From: a bacterium
GTDB lineage: Bacteria > SZUA-182 > DTGQ01 > JAFGSM01
NCBI GenBank assembly: GCA_049472335.1
Contig: JBLIRO010000023.1
Coordinates: 1-63,084 of the forward strand
Length of the DNA: 63,084 nt
Reading direction: 5' to 3'
The notes beneath the pieces are model-generated. The model searched no databases and was not told the origin of the DNA. It saw only the letters and a list, made by a program, of their open reading frames with translations. Both the position numbers and the translations under genes were made by a program. Shown here piece after piece: positions 1-8,329 of the stretch (position 1 is its first letter; every line of letters starts with the position of its first letter).

Positions 1-1
1 T

Positions 2-469
2 TTTTCCAGAAGAACTTGCTCCGAAAAAAGATTCATCTATTTCAACAAGGCCTGCAAGTTTATATTGAGAATCCCTGTCTGCCATAGCTTTTCGAATTTT
101 ATGAGCCATAGTCCAAATTGTCTTGTAATCCTTAATATCCAATTGCTTTTGCATCTCAGCAACAGAAACTCCTGTTTTAGAAATGGCCATCCAAAAGATC
201 AACCAGAACCATTTCAAAATTGGTGTTTTTGTCTTATGGAAAATGGTTCCTGCTGTGAGGGAGGTTTGATAACCGCAATTCAAACACTTATACAGCTTTC
301 GTGTAGAAATCAAGCTATATTGTTGATGAGCACAATTTGGACAGCAAAAGCCATTTGGCCATCGAGTTTCAAAAAGCCACTTGTGGCAATCATTTTCATT
401 TTTGAATTGCTCTTGAAAAAACAACAAATTCATATTGTTATACTTTGGTTTATTTTTATCTATCACCAT
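2..469 (-). mobile_element. IS1595-family transposase, N-terminal part (runs off window start)
   Basis: My translation of the minus strand: MVIDKNKPKYNNMNLLFFQEQFKNENDCHKWLFETRWPNGFCCPNC...LYKCLNCGYQTSLTAGTIFHKT...MAHKIRKAMADRDSQYKLAGLVEIDESFFG. It has the RWP-CPxC/CxxC zinc ribbon, TAGTIFH and the VEIDE first DDE motif. Absent from the ORF track because there is no stop in the window. Confidence 0.92.
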
Positions 470-554
470 GCATGGGATAATATAATGTCAGGTGAGTAGA
501 GTCAATAATCATATTAAAAAAAATTAAAAAAAACTTGACACTTTACATAACAGA

Positions 555-692
555 CACAGAGGCACTGAGAAATGATTTTAGTAGGAAAACTTACGGAGCA
601 GAAAATTGGGGTAGCGATATAAGTTAATTGGCATTGAGGGAATTAAGAGACTTGTCTTTTGATTTTTCTCTGTGCCTCTGTGCCTCCGTGGT
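555..692. repeat. Dispersed palindromic intergenic element (CACAGAGGCAC...CTCTGTGCCTCCGTGGT), copy 1
   Basis: Aligns along its length with 36580-36716 (CACAGAGGCACTGAGAAATGATTTTAG...TTGGGGTAG.GATATAAGTT...GGCATTGAGGGA...CTTGTCTTTTGATTTTT...CTCTGTGCCTCCGTGGT). Confidence 0.85.
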
Positions 693-786
693 AATATCTT
701 TAAACCACAGAGAACAAGGAGGACACAGCGTTAATCAATTTGTTCTGAAAGCAGTTTGATATCTAATTAAAAGAAAGGAGTGTACT

Positions 787-1338
787 ATGAATTTTAGAAT
801 CAGGGACCAGAAGTTTTTGTTAATTATTATCTTGCCTCTCATTGCTTTTTTTGCAATTTCATCTATAGCAAAAGCCGAATCATCAAAGTTAAAGATCGGG
901 TATATCAACAGCCAGCGAATTATAGATGAATCAAAGGCAGGCAAACAAACAACAGAAAAAATGGAGGAGTTTAAAAAGGAAAATATGGCAAAGCTTGAGC
1001 AGAAGAGCAAGGAAATTGAGGAATTGGAACAGGAGCTAAGGAAAAAGGAATTTGCCATCACCCCCGAAACAAAAAAACAAATAGAAGAAAAGATAAGAGA
1101 CAAGTCACTGGAGCTGAAGATCTTCAAAGAAACCAAAGAAAAAGAGCTAAAGGAGATTTTCTACAACAACCTGAAAAGCATAGAGGGTCAGGTCCTGGCC
1201 ATTGTCCAGAAGATAGGGCAGGATGAAGGATTCGATTTAATACTTGGCAGGGATGAGAGCGGGATTTTATATGCTGACCCCAAATATGACCTGACGGATA
1301 AAGTGGTCCAGATATATGACCAGCAGATGCAGCCATAA
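787..1338 (+). CDS. skp: OmpH/Skp family periplasmic chaperone
   Basis: Signal peptide, KIGYINSQRII, coiled coil, GFDLIL...ILYADPKYDLTDKV; upstream of lpxD. Confidence 0.93.
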   Translation: MNFRIRDQKFLLIIILPLIAFFAISSIAKAESSKLKIGYINSQRIIDESKAGKQTTEKMEEFKKENMAKLEQKSKEIEELEQELRKKEFAITPETKKQIEEKIRDKSLELKIFKETKEKELKEIFYNNLKSIEGQVLAIVQKIGQDEGFDLILGRDESGILYADPKYDLTDKVVQIYDQQMQP

Positions 1339-2377
1339 GACGGAATATAGTCTTCAGGACCTTGCCGGGAGGATAGGCGGAGTAGTCCTTGGTAACGCGA
1401 GTATAAAAATCCATGGTATAGCAGGGCTTCAGGATGCCGGCGAAGGTCAGATAACCTTTCTTGCAAATACCCGGTACAGATCACTTGTTTCCAAAACCCG
1501 GGCATCCGCCCTTATAGCATCCCAGGAAGAACCACTCTTTAAAGGACCAGTGCTGCAAGTGTCCGATCCGTATCTTGCCTTTGCCATGCTATTGGAAATA
1601 TTTTACCCTCCTTGCGAGCCGCTTCCGGGTATTGACCCAAGTGCGATTGTTCATCCTGAAACACAAATTGGGGAAGGTGTAAGCATCCAGCCGTGTGCCG
1701 TTATCAAAAAAGGGGTTAGCCTGGGGTCAGGGGCAGTGATAGGGTCATGTGCTGTGGTATGCGAAGATTCTCAGATCGGTGATTATTCTCATATCCATCC
1801 CAACGTGACCATATATCCCGGTACCCGGATTGGCCAAAGGGTGATAATCCATGCTGGTTCAGTAATCGGCAGTGATGGATTCGGTTACGCCAGGAAAGAC
1901 GGCCTTCCGTTTAAAATCCCTCAAATCGGCAACGTGGTCATCGAGGATGATTGCGAGATAGGTGCGAACGTGACTATAGACAGAGCAACTCTGGGAGAGA
2001 CTCATATCGGCAGAGGTGTTAAGATTGATAATCTTGTCCAGATAGGTCACAATGTAGTAATAGGGGCTCATTCCATTGTTGTATCTCAGGTCGGGATATC
2101 CGGCAGCACACATGTCGGTTCCGGGGTAATCCTGGCCGGTCAGGTTGGCGTGGCAGGGCATATACAAATCGGTGACAGGGTCACTGCCGCTGCCAGAACA
2201 GGTATTACAAAGGATATCCCTTCGGGTGAAACCATAGGCGGATTTATGGGCATGCCAATCCGTGAATGGAAAAAGTCAGAGGCCTTATACAGGCGCTTTC
2301 CGAAACTGCAAAATAAATACAGGGACCTGTTGAAAAGGATTGAAGCCCTGGAGTCAAAGCTTCAATCAAAGGATTAG
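1316..2377 (+). CDS. lpxD: UDP-3-O-(3-hydroxymyristoyl)glucosamine N-acyltransferase
   Basis: GQITFL, hexapeptide repeats, IGSDGFGY, KIPQIG, KIDNLVQIGHN. Confidence 0.97.
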   Translation: MTSRCSHKTEYSLQDLAGRIGGVVLGNASIKIHGIAGLQDAGEGQITFLANTRYRSLVSKTRASALIASQEEPLFKGPVLQVSDPYLAFAMLLEIFYPPCEPLPGIDPSAIVHPETQIGEGVSIQPCAVIKKGVSLGSGAVIGSCAVVCEDSQIGDYSHIHPNVTIYPGTRIGQRVIIHAGSVIGSDGFGYARKDGLPFKIPQIGNVVIEDDCEIGANVTIDRATLGETHIGRGVKIDNLVQIGHNVVIGAHSIVVSQVGISGSTHVGSGVILAGQVGVAGHIQIGDRVTAAARTGITKDIPSGETIGGFMGMPIREWKKSEALYRRFPKLQNKYRDLLKRIEALESKLQSKD

Positions 2378-4197
2378 TTTTTTTCTTCCCTTCTGTGAAA
2401 ATATTCATATACCTTATTTGCAGTATTTCGGTCGATTCCGGAAATAGAGACAAGATCCGATATGGTCGCTCGTTTAATCCCATTCACTCCTGAAAAGTGT
2501 TTAAGGAGCCTTTCTTTGCGTTTTCTGCCCACCCCGGAAATATTATCCAGAGAAGAGGAAAAGGCCCTTTTTGTCCTGCGGAGTCTCTGATAGGAAAGGG
2601 CAAAACGGTGTGCTTCATCCCTGATCCTTTGAAACAACTGGAGTGTGGAGGACCTGGAAGGCAGGCTCAAGGGTTCGTTCCTTTTAGGAAGATATATCAG
2701 CTCTTCACGTTTTGCCAGGCTGATTATTGATATGTCGTTAAGCCCAAGCTCGGAGAGAACATTTAGCCCTGCCTGAAGGTGTCCCTTACCGCCATCGATC
2801 AGAATAAGATCGGGCATGTCCTCATTTTCTTTAAGGAGCCTGGTGTAGCGCCTCCTTAACACCTCAGCCATCATTCCGTAATCATCGATTCCCTCTACCC
2901 CCCTTATCTTAAATCTTCGATACCTGGATTTTATCGGCATTGTGTCTTTCCAGAATACCATGGAACCTACCGCTTCAGTCGGCCCCAGATTCGAGATGTC
3001 GAATCCCTCGATTCTCCTTGGAAGTTTTGGGATATTAAGATCATGCTTAGCCTGGGTCAAAATCTCTTCAAACGTAAAATGTCCATCCACAACAGGGCCC
3101 TTCAGGTCCAGTGCGGCATTTTTTTTCACCATAAGGATCAGCTTTCTCTTATCCCCTCTCTGTGGGACATGTATCCGGACCTTTGCGCCCCTTTTACTGG
3201 ACAGCCATGTTTGCAAAAGCCCGGCATTAGCGGGCAGGATCTCTACCTGAATGCAGGGAGGCACAGTTTTATCGGAGTCATAGAACTGCTCGAGGACGAT
3301 CTCCATCAGCTCATTATCCGGAATATCTTTTACATCAAAAAGTTGAAGGGCCTTCCTTCCCGTCATCCTCCCGAAACGAATGAAAAAGACCTGGATGCAT
3401 GCCCGGTCCTCATCCCTGTCAAAGGCTAAGTAATCCTCGTCCTCAAAGTTTGAAGTGTAAACATGCTGTTTTTCCAGACAATTTTCTATGGCCAGGAGCT
3501 GGTCGCGCAGGATAGCTGCCCGCTCATATCTGTGATCCAGTGCAGCCGCTTCCATCTCCTCCCTCAATTTATTTTCAAGGTCCTCTTTTCTGCCCTGAAG
3601 AAACAGTACTATCTCCCTGATCAATTCCTGATATTCAGACCGGGTAATCAATCCTGCACAAGGAGCCCGGCACAGGCCCATTTGATGGTTCAGACAGGGC
3701 CTTTTATGGCTTTTGGGCAAAGGCCCCCGACAGCGTCGAACCGGAAAGATCCGGTGGATCAGGCGCAAAGTCTGTCGCATGGCATTTGCGGGGGTATAAG
3801 GTCCGAAATACATGTTGCCATCCTTCTTGATTCGACGAACCACCCTTAGCCTCGGAAAAGCCTCGTTTAATGTAAGACATAAATGCGGATAATGTTTATC
3901 ATCCCTAAGAAGCACATTAAACCTGGGCCTGTGTTTCTTAATCAGATTGCTCTCCAGTATCAGGGCTTCCAGTTCCGAATCCGTTACTATGTACTCGAAA
4001 TCATTTATTTGGGAGGACAACAATCTTCGCCTGGGATTAGGCTCATGCTTCGGACGAAAATAGGATGGCACCCGTTTTTTAAGAGATGCGGCCTTACCGC
4101 AATAAATGATATCTCCCTGATCGTTCTTCATGAGGTAGACCCCCGGAAGATCAGGCAGTTCCGTGATTTTTATTTTGAGTTTTTGATTATGCTGCAT
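2374..4197 (-). CDS. uvrC: Excinuclease ABC subunit C
   Basis: GIY-YIG PGVYLM/GKAASLKKRV, EALILESNLIK, RIEGFDISN, LIDGGKG, RDEAHRFA, C-terminal HhH. Confidence 0.98.
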   Translation of the reverse strand: MQHNQKLKIKITELPDLPGVYLMKNDQGDIIYCGKAASLKKRVPSYFRPKHEPNPRRRLLSSQINDFEYIVTDSELEALILESNLIKKHRPRFNVLLRDDKHYPHLCLTLNEAFPRLRVVRRIKKDGNMYFGPYTPANAMRQTLRLIHRIFPVRRCRGPLPKSHKRPCLNHQMGLCRAPCAGLITRSEYQELIREIVLFLQGRKEDLENKLREEMEAAALDHRYERAAILRDQLLAIENCLEKQHVYTSNFEDEDYLAFDRDEDRACIQVFFIRFGRMTGRKALQLFDVKDIPDNELMEIVLEQFYDSDKTVPPCIQVEILPANAGLLQTWLSSKRGAKVRIHVPQRGDKRKLILMVKKNAALDLKGPVVDGHFTFEEILTQAKHDLNIPKLPRRIEGFDISNLGPTEAVGSMVFWKDTMPIKSRYRRFKIRGVEGIDDYGMMAEVLRRRYTRLLKENEDMPDLILIDGGKGHLQAGLNVLSELGLNDISIISLAKREELIYLPKRNEPLSLPSRSSTLQLFQRIRDEAHRFALSYQRLRRTKRAFSSSLDNISGVGRKRKERLLKHFSGVNGIKRATISDLVSISGIDRNTANKVYEYFHRREEKN

Positions 4198-4205
4198 AAA
4201 GGTTG

Positions 4206-4336
4206 TGAGATAATCGTAAAAAAGTCATTTCGTCGTTCAGATGGCTTTTATTGAAGACCATAAGATTCGCTTTGCTAAGGCTCTTTAGCAAGAAATACCA
4301 ATGTGCTTTTTCAATGAACTCTTATGAGTTTATCAA
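4206..4336. repeat. Degenerate MITE-like element with imperfect terminal inverted repeats
   Basis: Left end ATCGTAAAAAAGTCATT recurs exactly at 26966-26982; right end AATGAACTCTTATGAGTTTATCAA is an imperfect inverse; central hairpin at 4272-4291. Confidence 0.45.
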
Positions 4337-4338
4337 AT

Positions 4339-4545
4339 TTAACTCTTACAAAGGATTTTAAAATCCTTTGTATTATCGTCCTTTTTCATCCCTAAAGAGG
4401 TCGCGCAGCAACTGCATAAATATTCATATTTATTTCCATCAGGCAATACAAGAAGGAGCCTCTTCCTTACAGGCATTGCCTGCTTGCATTTGGGACAATA
4501 TAGTGAATACGCCTCGAATTCTTCATAGGTATCCTGCTTTGTCAT
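4339..4545 (-). CDS. Small zinc-ribbon protein (CPKC...CSCC)
   Basis: 68 aa, two CxxC pairs, strong SD (GAGGAGG) upstream. Confidence 0.75.
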   Translation of the reverse strand: MTKQDTYEEFEAYSLYCPKCKQAMPVRKRLLLVLPDGNKYEYLCSCCATSLGMKKDDNTKDFKILCKS

Positions 4546-4768
4546 ATAAATAAAACCTCCTCAAGCTCTAAACTTATTCTGCATAAACGTAAATAATTTT
4601 ATCATATTTCTCTCTTGCCGGTCCATTCTTAAAGATGCTAAATAGATTTCTAAAAATTTTTCGCCATTTATATATTTAATATTTATATGAATGCAATACT
4701 CTTGTGCAGAAATTTTAATTCAGAAAAAGTTATTAAAGCGGGGTCCTAATCCACCAAAGACTGCTTAA

Positions 4769-4844
4769 GGAGCCAGGAACCAGAAGTCATAATTAAGCCT
4801 TCAATTTTTTAAGGCTCATAATAACTTCTGGCTCCTTTTGCTCC
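4769..4844. terminator. Long imperfect hairpin 3' of the PxPxPW-repeat gene
   Basis: GGAGCCAGGAACCAGAAGT...AGCCTT/AAGGCT...ACTTCTGGCTCCTTTTGCTCC. Confidence 0.45.
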
Positions 4845-4893
4845 AGGATGTGAACAGAATTTTCATCTCCTTAATTATAAGCTAAAGTGAGGG

Positions 4894-5400
4894 TTAAAAG
4901 AGGGCCATTTCATTTGCAGAATAAAGGTCCCATAGCTCAGGATTAGTGTCCAGAATCAAATTCATAGAAACTGGATTAAATAAGAAGTCATCTGCATTTA
5001 TATAATAGGATATCCATGGCGTAGGATCAGGCTTCAGAATCCAATTTATAGAAAGTGAATTTAAGGATATCCATGGGACAGGCTCAGGCTTTAGAATCTG
5101 ATTTATAGAAAGTGTATCTAAGGATAGCCATGGGCAAGGATGAGGCCTTAGAATCCAATTTATAGAAAGTGAATTTAAGGATATCCATGGTGTAGGATCA
5201 GGATTCAGAATCGAATTTATAGAAAGTAAAGGATAAAAGAGGTCCACTGCATTTCCATAATAAAAGTTCCATGGATCAGGTTGAGGCTTCAGACGAGCCT
5301 GTGCCTGAAGTATTCCTGTATGACCAATAATTAAGATTCCAATTACTACTATAATTGACATAGCAATTATAGTCTTTGATAATATTTCTTCTTTACGCAT
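4894..5400 (-). CDS. Hypothetical secreted protein with four 19-aa IL[KRN]PxPxPW repeats
   Basis: Hydrophobic N-terminal signal ending LQA-Q, SD AGGAGGT, in-frame 57-bp repeats. Confidence 0.8.
   Translation of the reverse strand: MRKEEILSKTIIAMSIIVVIGILIIGHTGILQAQARLKPQPDPWNFYYGNAVDLFYPLLSINSILNPDPTPWISLNSLSINWILRPHPCPWLSLDTLSINQILKPEPVPWISLNSLSINWILKPDPTPWISYYINADDFLFNPVSMNLILDTNPELWDLYSANEMALF
5007..5227. repeat. Coding tandem repeat, 57-bp unit x ~4
   Basis: AGGATA[T/G]CCATGG recurs at 5007, 5064, 5121, 5178. Confidence 0.95.
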
Positions 5401-5668
5401 GATACTTATACCTCCTAAGGTTTAACTTGATTTGATCCAAAATAAAAAGATACATAGATTCTTAAAAGTAATTTTGGGCACCACCTCCTTTTAATAGGGA
5501 ATCAGGCCTGTAATTAACTATTAATCAGGCTTCAAAAAATCCCTTTGCCAGCTTGCTCTCGTAAATATTTTTAAAGAATGGAATACCTGCTTGAGAAATC
5601 ATAGTGTAGCGAAGCCGCAGTGTTTGAATTTTCTACTATTTTGGTTTGGTCCTTCTGATCCTTTAGTG

Positions 5669-5684
5669 AGCAAATGAAATACCA
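5669..5684 (-). promoter_or_regulatory. sigma54 (-24/-12) promoter for 4894..5400
   Basis: Minus strand TGGTATTTCATTTGCT = GG-N10-GC in AT-rich intergenic DNA. Confidence 0.6.
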
Positions 5685-6025
5685 AAAGTTTATAAAAGCA
5701 TAAAACATCAATTTTTATAATGAGTTAAAGGTAGTTGTAGTGATTTTTCAATGATTGTTCGATATAGGCTGAAATCGATATTTGTTATATATATTCTAAC
5801 AATATTGATTTAAGTACTTGTTGAATAGAAAAGTTAATAATCTGTTAGTTAATAACTAATGTTTTGAATCAATAGACACCCGCATATTGAAAGATAAACC
5901 ATGAAAGGAACAAAGGAAGTGAAGAATGTAGATTAATAGTAGATTAATAGGGACGGTGTTAGTTTATTAGTTTAATTAAAGAACTCAGAGTGGAGGAGGA
6001 TTTAAGAGCACCGGGCAAAGCTTAT

Positions 6026-6451
6026 TTATTTTTTAAGCCGTATGACCTCGAATGGGGCTTCAAAATGGGTCTCTTTTAGACGTTTTTGAACAATGAGTGT
6101 CGATACTCCTTTGGATTTGGCAATATTCATGATCCTATCGGCGGAAGGCCCTTTAAGAACTTCCACTTCTATTTCAACACCCTTATCCCTGGCCTGTTCT
6201 TCTATCCTCTTGAACGCTTCTTTTATCAGTCTCCCCCTCTGATCCTTGATGGCTTTTTGAAGCTGATCAACCATTTTGCTCCCCATAAAACCCGTGTCAC
6301 CTGCCATTTGACTCACTCTTCTTGATATGTCACGATCCCGGACATCAAGTAGCAAGAGTCTGGCGCCCTCCTTCGAAGCGCGATCGATAGCAAACCTGGC
6401 GATCTTTTCCGAAATAGAAGTTGCTGAAAATACAACCATGATTGTGTCCAT
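6026..6451 (-). CDS. Universal stress protein (Usp family)
   Basis: DTIMVVFS...S..IARFAIDRA..GARLLLLDV...GVEIEVEVLKG..ADRIMNIAK. Confidence 0.8.
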   Translation of the reverse strand: MDTIMVVFSATSISEKIARFAIDRASKEGARLLLLDVRDRDISRRVSQMAGDTGFMGSKMVDQLQKAIKDQRGRLIKEAFKRIEEQARDKGVEIEVEVLKGPSADRIMNIAKSKGVSTLIVQKRLKETHFEAPFEVIRLKK

Positions 6452-6462
6452 ATTATTCCCTG

Positions 6463-7857
6463 TCAGATTGAAAGGCCGATAAACGGCCAGTAGATGATAG
6501 CCATTAATATAAATATAATAAGGGTCAATACATTTAGAATGAGCCCCGGTTTAATCACCCTGCTGATCTCATAATAGCCCGATGAATAGGCAATTGCGTT
6601 GGGTGGACTGCTTATGGGAAGAATGAATGCAAGTCCCGATGATACAGCAACAAAATATACCATTACCTTAGGAGCAATTCCCAGAGTTGAACAGAGACTC
6701 AGGGCAACCGGTAAAATAATTGCTACGCATGCCACATTGCTTACACCTTCGGTCAGTAATTTTGCTAAAAGCGCGAACAGCACCAAGGTAAATATCGGTG
6801 TTTTGGGCCCTACTGAAAGAAATCTCTCCACAAGCCAGACTGTAGCGCCACTATGTTCCAGGGCCTTTGCGGCCACAACTGCACCTCCATACATCAGAAT
6901 AACTCCCCAGTTCACATAATTATGGACGTCGTCCCAGGTGAGGCATCGAAAACAGAACAATCCGACAACAGACAGAAGTGATATGACCGCGATGCCTAGG
7001 GTGTTACTGGCAAACACCCACATACAAATGGTCAATGTCAATATAAAAAGCACCTTCTTCTCCAAAAAAGTCATCGGCCCAATCCGGTCCAATTCTTCTC
7101 TAAGCTTTTTGCCTGCGGAACTGACATCCTTGATGTCTATATTGAATGATAGCAGAATTATCAAATAACATACACCCAAAAGTACAAAGCATATGGGACA
7201 GACAGCTTTCATCCATTCAAAGAAACTAATCGTAATGCCGAACCTTTCTTCTAAAATGGCCAGGGCCAGAGGATTTCTGGCGCCTCCCAGAAGCGTACCC
7301 ACACCGCCAATGATTGCCCCCCATGCCATAGAGAGGAATAGGATAGTCCCAAAATCGGAATCCAGGGGATTCAGGTCCAGACTGGCTGTGATGCTCCCTA
7401 TTACAGGAAACATAAGGGCGGCCACAGCATGCTCAGGGATGATGAAAGCCATCAGTGAGCAGGTAATCAATATGCCCAGTATAAGATATTTTGGACTGCT
7501 ATCGAAATAGCTGAGAATAAAGATCGCCATTCGTCTGCTTAAACCGCATTTCATCATAGCCGTAGCAATGATAAATGCCCCCAATATAAAAAAAACGGCC
7601 TGATTTCCAAAGAGGGCAAAGGCCTGATCAGACCTCATGATTTTCAGAAGCGGTATAAGGGCGATGATCAGCAGCCCGGTTACGGATAAGGGCAGAGCAT
7701 GAGTGATCCATAGGATTATAGCAATAAGAAAAACGGCGAGCGCGCGCTTCCCTTCACTGCTAAGACCTTTAGGCGTAGGGATGCTCATTATGATCACAAG
7801 GAGAATCAAACAAACGCCTAATATAAAGGTATTATTAAATTTTGACCAGGATTTCAT
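6463..7857 (-). CDS. DASS/SLC13 family Na+-coupled anion (sulfate/dicarboxylate) symporter
   Basis: ~12 TM segments, IGGVGTLLGGARN, LTEGVSNVA, LPISSPPNAIAYSSG; divergent from sat-cysC. Confidence 0.92.
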   Translation of the reverse strand: MKSWSKFNNTFILGVCLILLVIIMSIPTPKGLSSEGKRALAVFLIAIILWITHALPLSVTGLLIIALIPLLKIMRSDQAFALFGNQAVFFILGAFIIATAMMKCGLSRRMAIFILSYFDSSPKYLILGILITCSLMAFIIPEHAVAALMFPVIGSITASLDLNPLDSDFGTILFLSMAWGAIIGGVGTLLGGARNPLALAILEERFGITISFFEWMKAVCPICFVLLGVCYLIILLSFNIDIKDVSSAGKKLREELDRIGPMTFLEKKVLFILTLTICMWVFASNTLGIAVISLLSVVGLFCFRCLTWDDVHNYVNWGVILMYGGAVVAAKALEHSGATVWLVERFLSVGPKTPIFTLVLFALLAKLLTEGVSNVACVAIILPVALSLCSTLGIAPKVMVYFVAVSSGLAFILPISSPPNAIAYSSGYYEISRVIKPGLILNVLTLIIFILMAIIYWPFIGLSI

Positions 7858-7910
7858 TAAGAGCCAATTATAATGGATTATTTTTTCAGGTCAAATAGGG
7901 TCAAAAAAAG

Positions 7911-8024
7911 AAAGTGTGCTAAAGTGCCTAAAGTTTCAAGTTCCTAGAGTTAAGGGATAAATACTTTTGTAGATACAGCATACTTTCCTAATTGACATCA
8001 GGCCCTTGACACTACAGGCACTTT
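7911..8024. repeat. AAGTGCCTAAAGT-type short-period repeat with inverted right arm
   Basis: Left arm AAAGTGTGCTAAAGTGCCTAAAGTTTCAAG; right arm CTTGACACTACAGGCACTTT; related array at 31901-31947. Confidence 0.6.
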
Positions 8025-8035
8025 GAAGATAGAAT
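8006..8035 (+). promoter_or_regulatory. sigma70-type promoter of the RHH-sat-cysC operon
   Basis: TTGACA-N18-TAGAAT about 50 bp upstream of the 8084 start. Confidence 0.5.
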
Positions 8036-8083
8036 TATACTCTAATTGTAATACAATTATCCATAAAAGAGGGAGAAGCGACA

Positions 8084-8329
8084 TTGCCTAAAGACAAAAG
8101 GGTAACCATGAAGATTCCCAGACATCTTTATGAGCATCTCAAGGAGATGATTCGGGATACCGGGTTTAGCAGTGTTAATGAATTTATAGTATATGTAATG
8201 AGAGATATCGCATCCGCTGGGAGACTGGACCAGGAGATAGGCTTGAGTAAGCAAGAGATCGAACAGGTTCGCAGGAGACTCAGGGGATTAGGCTATCTGC
8301 CGAATGAGACAGAGGAGGAAAAAGGATAA
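8084..8329 (+). CDS. CopG/ribbon-helix-helix regulator with C-terminal RLRGLGYL motif
   Basis: VTMKIPRHLYEHL..MIRDTGFSSVNEFIVYVMR is an RHH pattern; stop overlaps the sat start. Confidence 0.85.
   Translation: MPKDKRVTMKIPRHLYEHLKEMIRDTGFSSVNEFIVYVMRDIASAGRLDQEIGLSKQEIEQVRRRLRGLGYLPNETEEEKG

Noticed and set aside
65..499. 144-aa plus-strand ORF
   Set aside because: Antisense shadow of the IS1595 transposase
5007..5227. 57-bp repeats as a possible CRISPR array
   Set aside because: Units are homologous along their full length, stay in frame within a signal-peptide ORF, have no unique spacers, and no cas genes are present
5490..5660. Riboswitch (for example c-di-GMP) in the long leader
   Set aside because: No recognisable GEMM or other aptamer consensus by eye
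5929..5970. TAGATTAATAG duplication and GGGACGGTGTTAGTTTATT REP-like half site
   Set aside because: Single short instance with no inverted partner in the window
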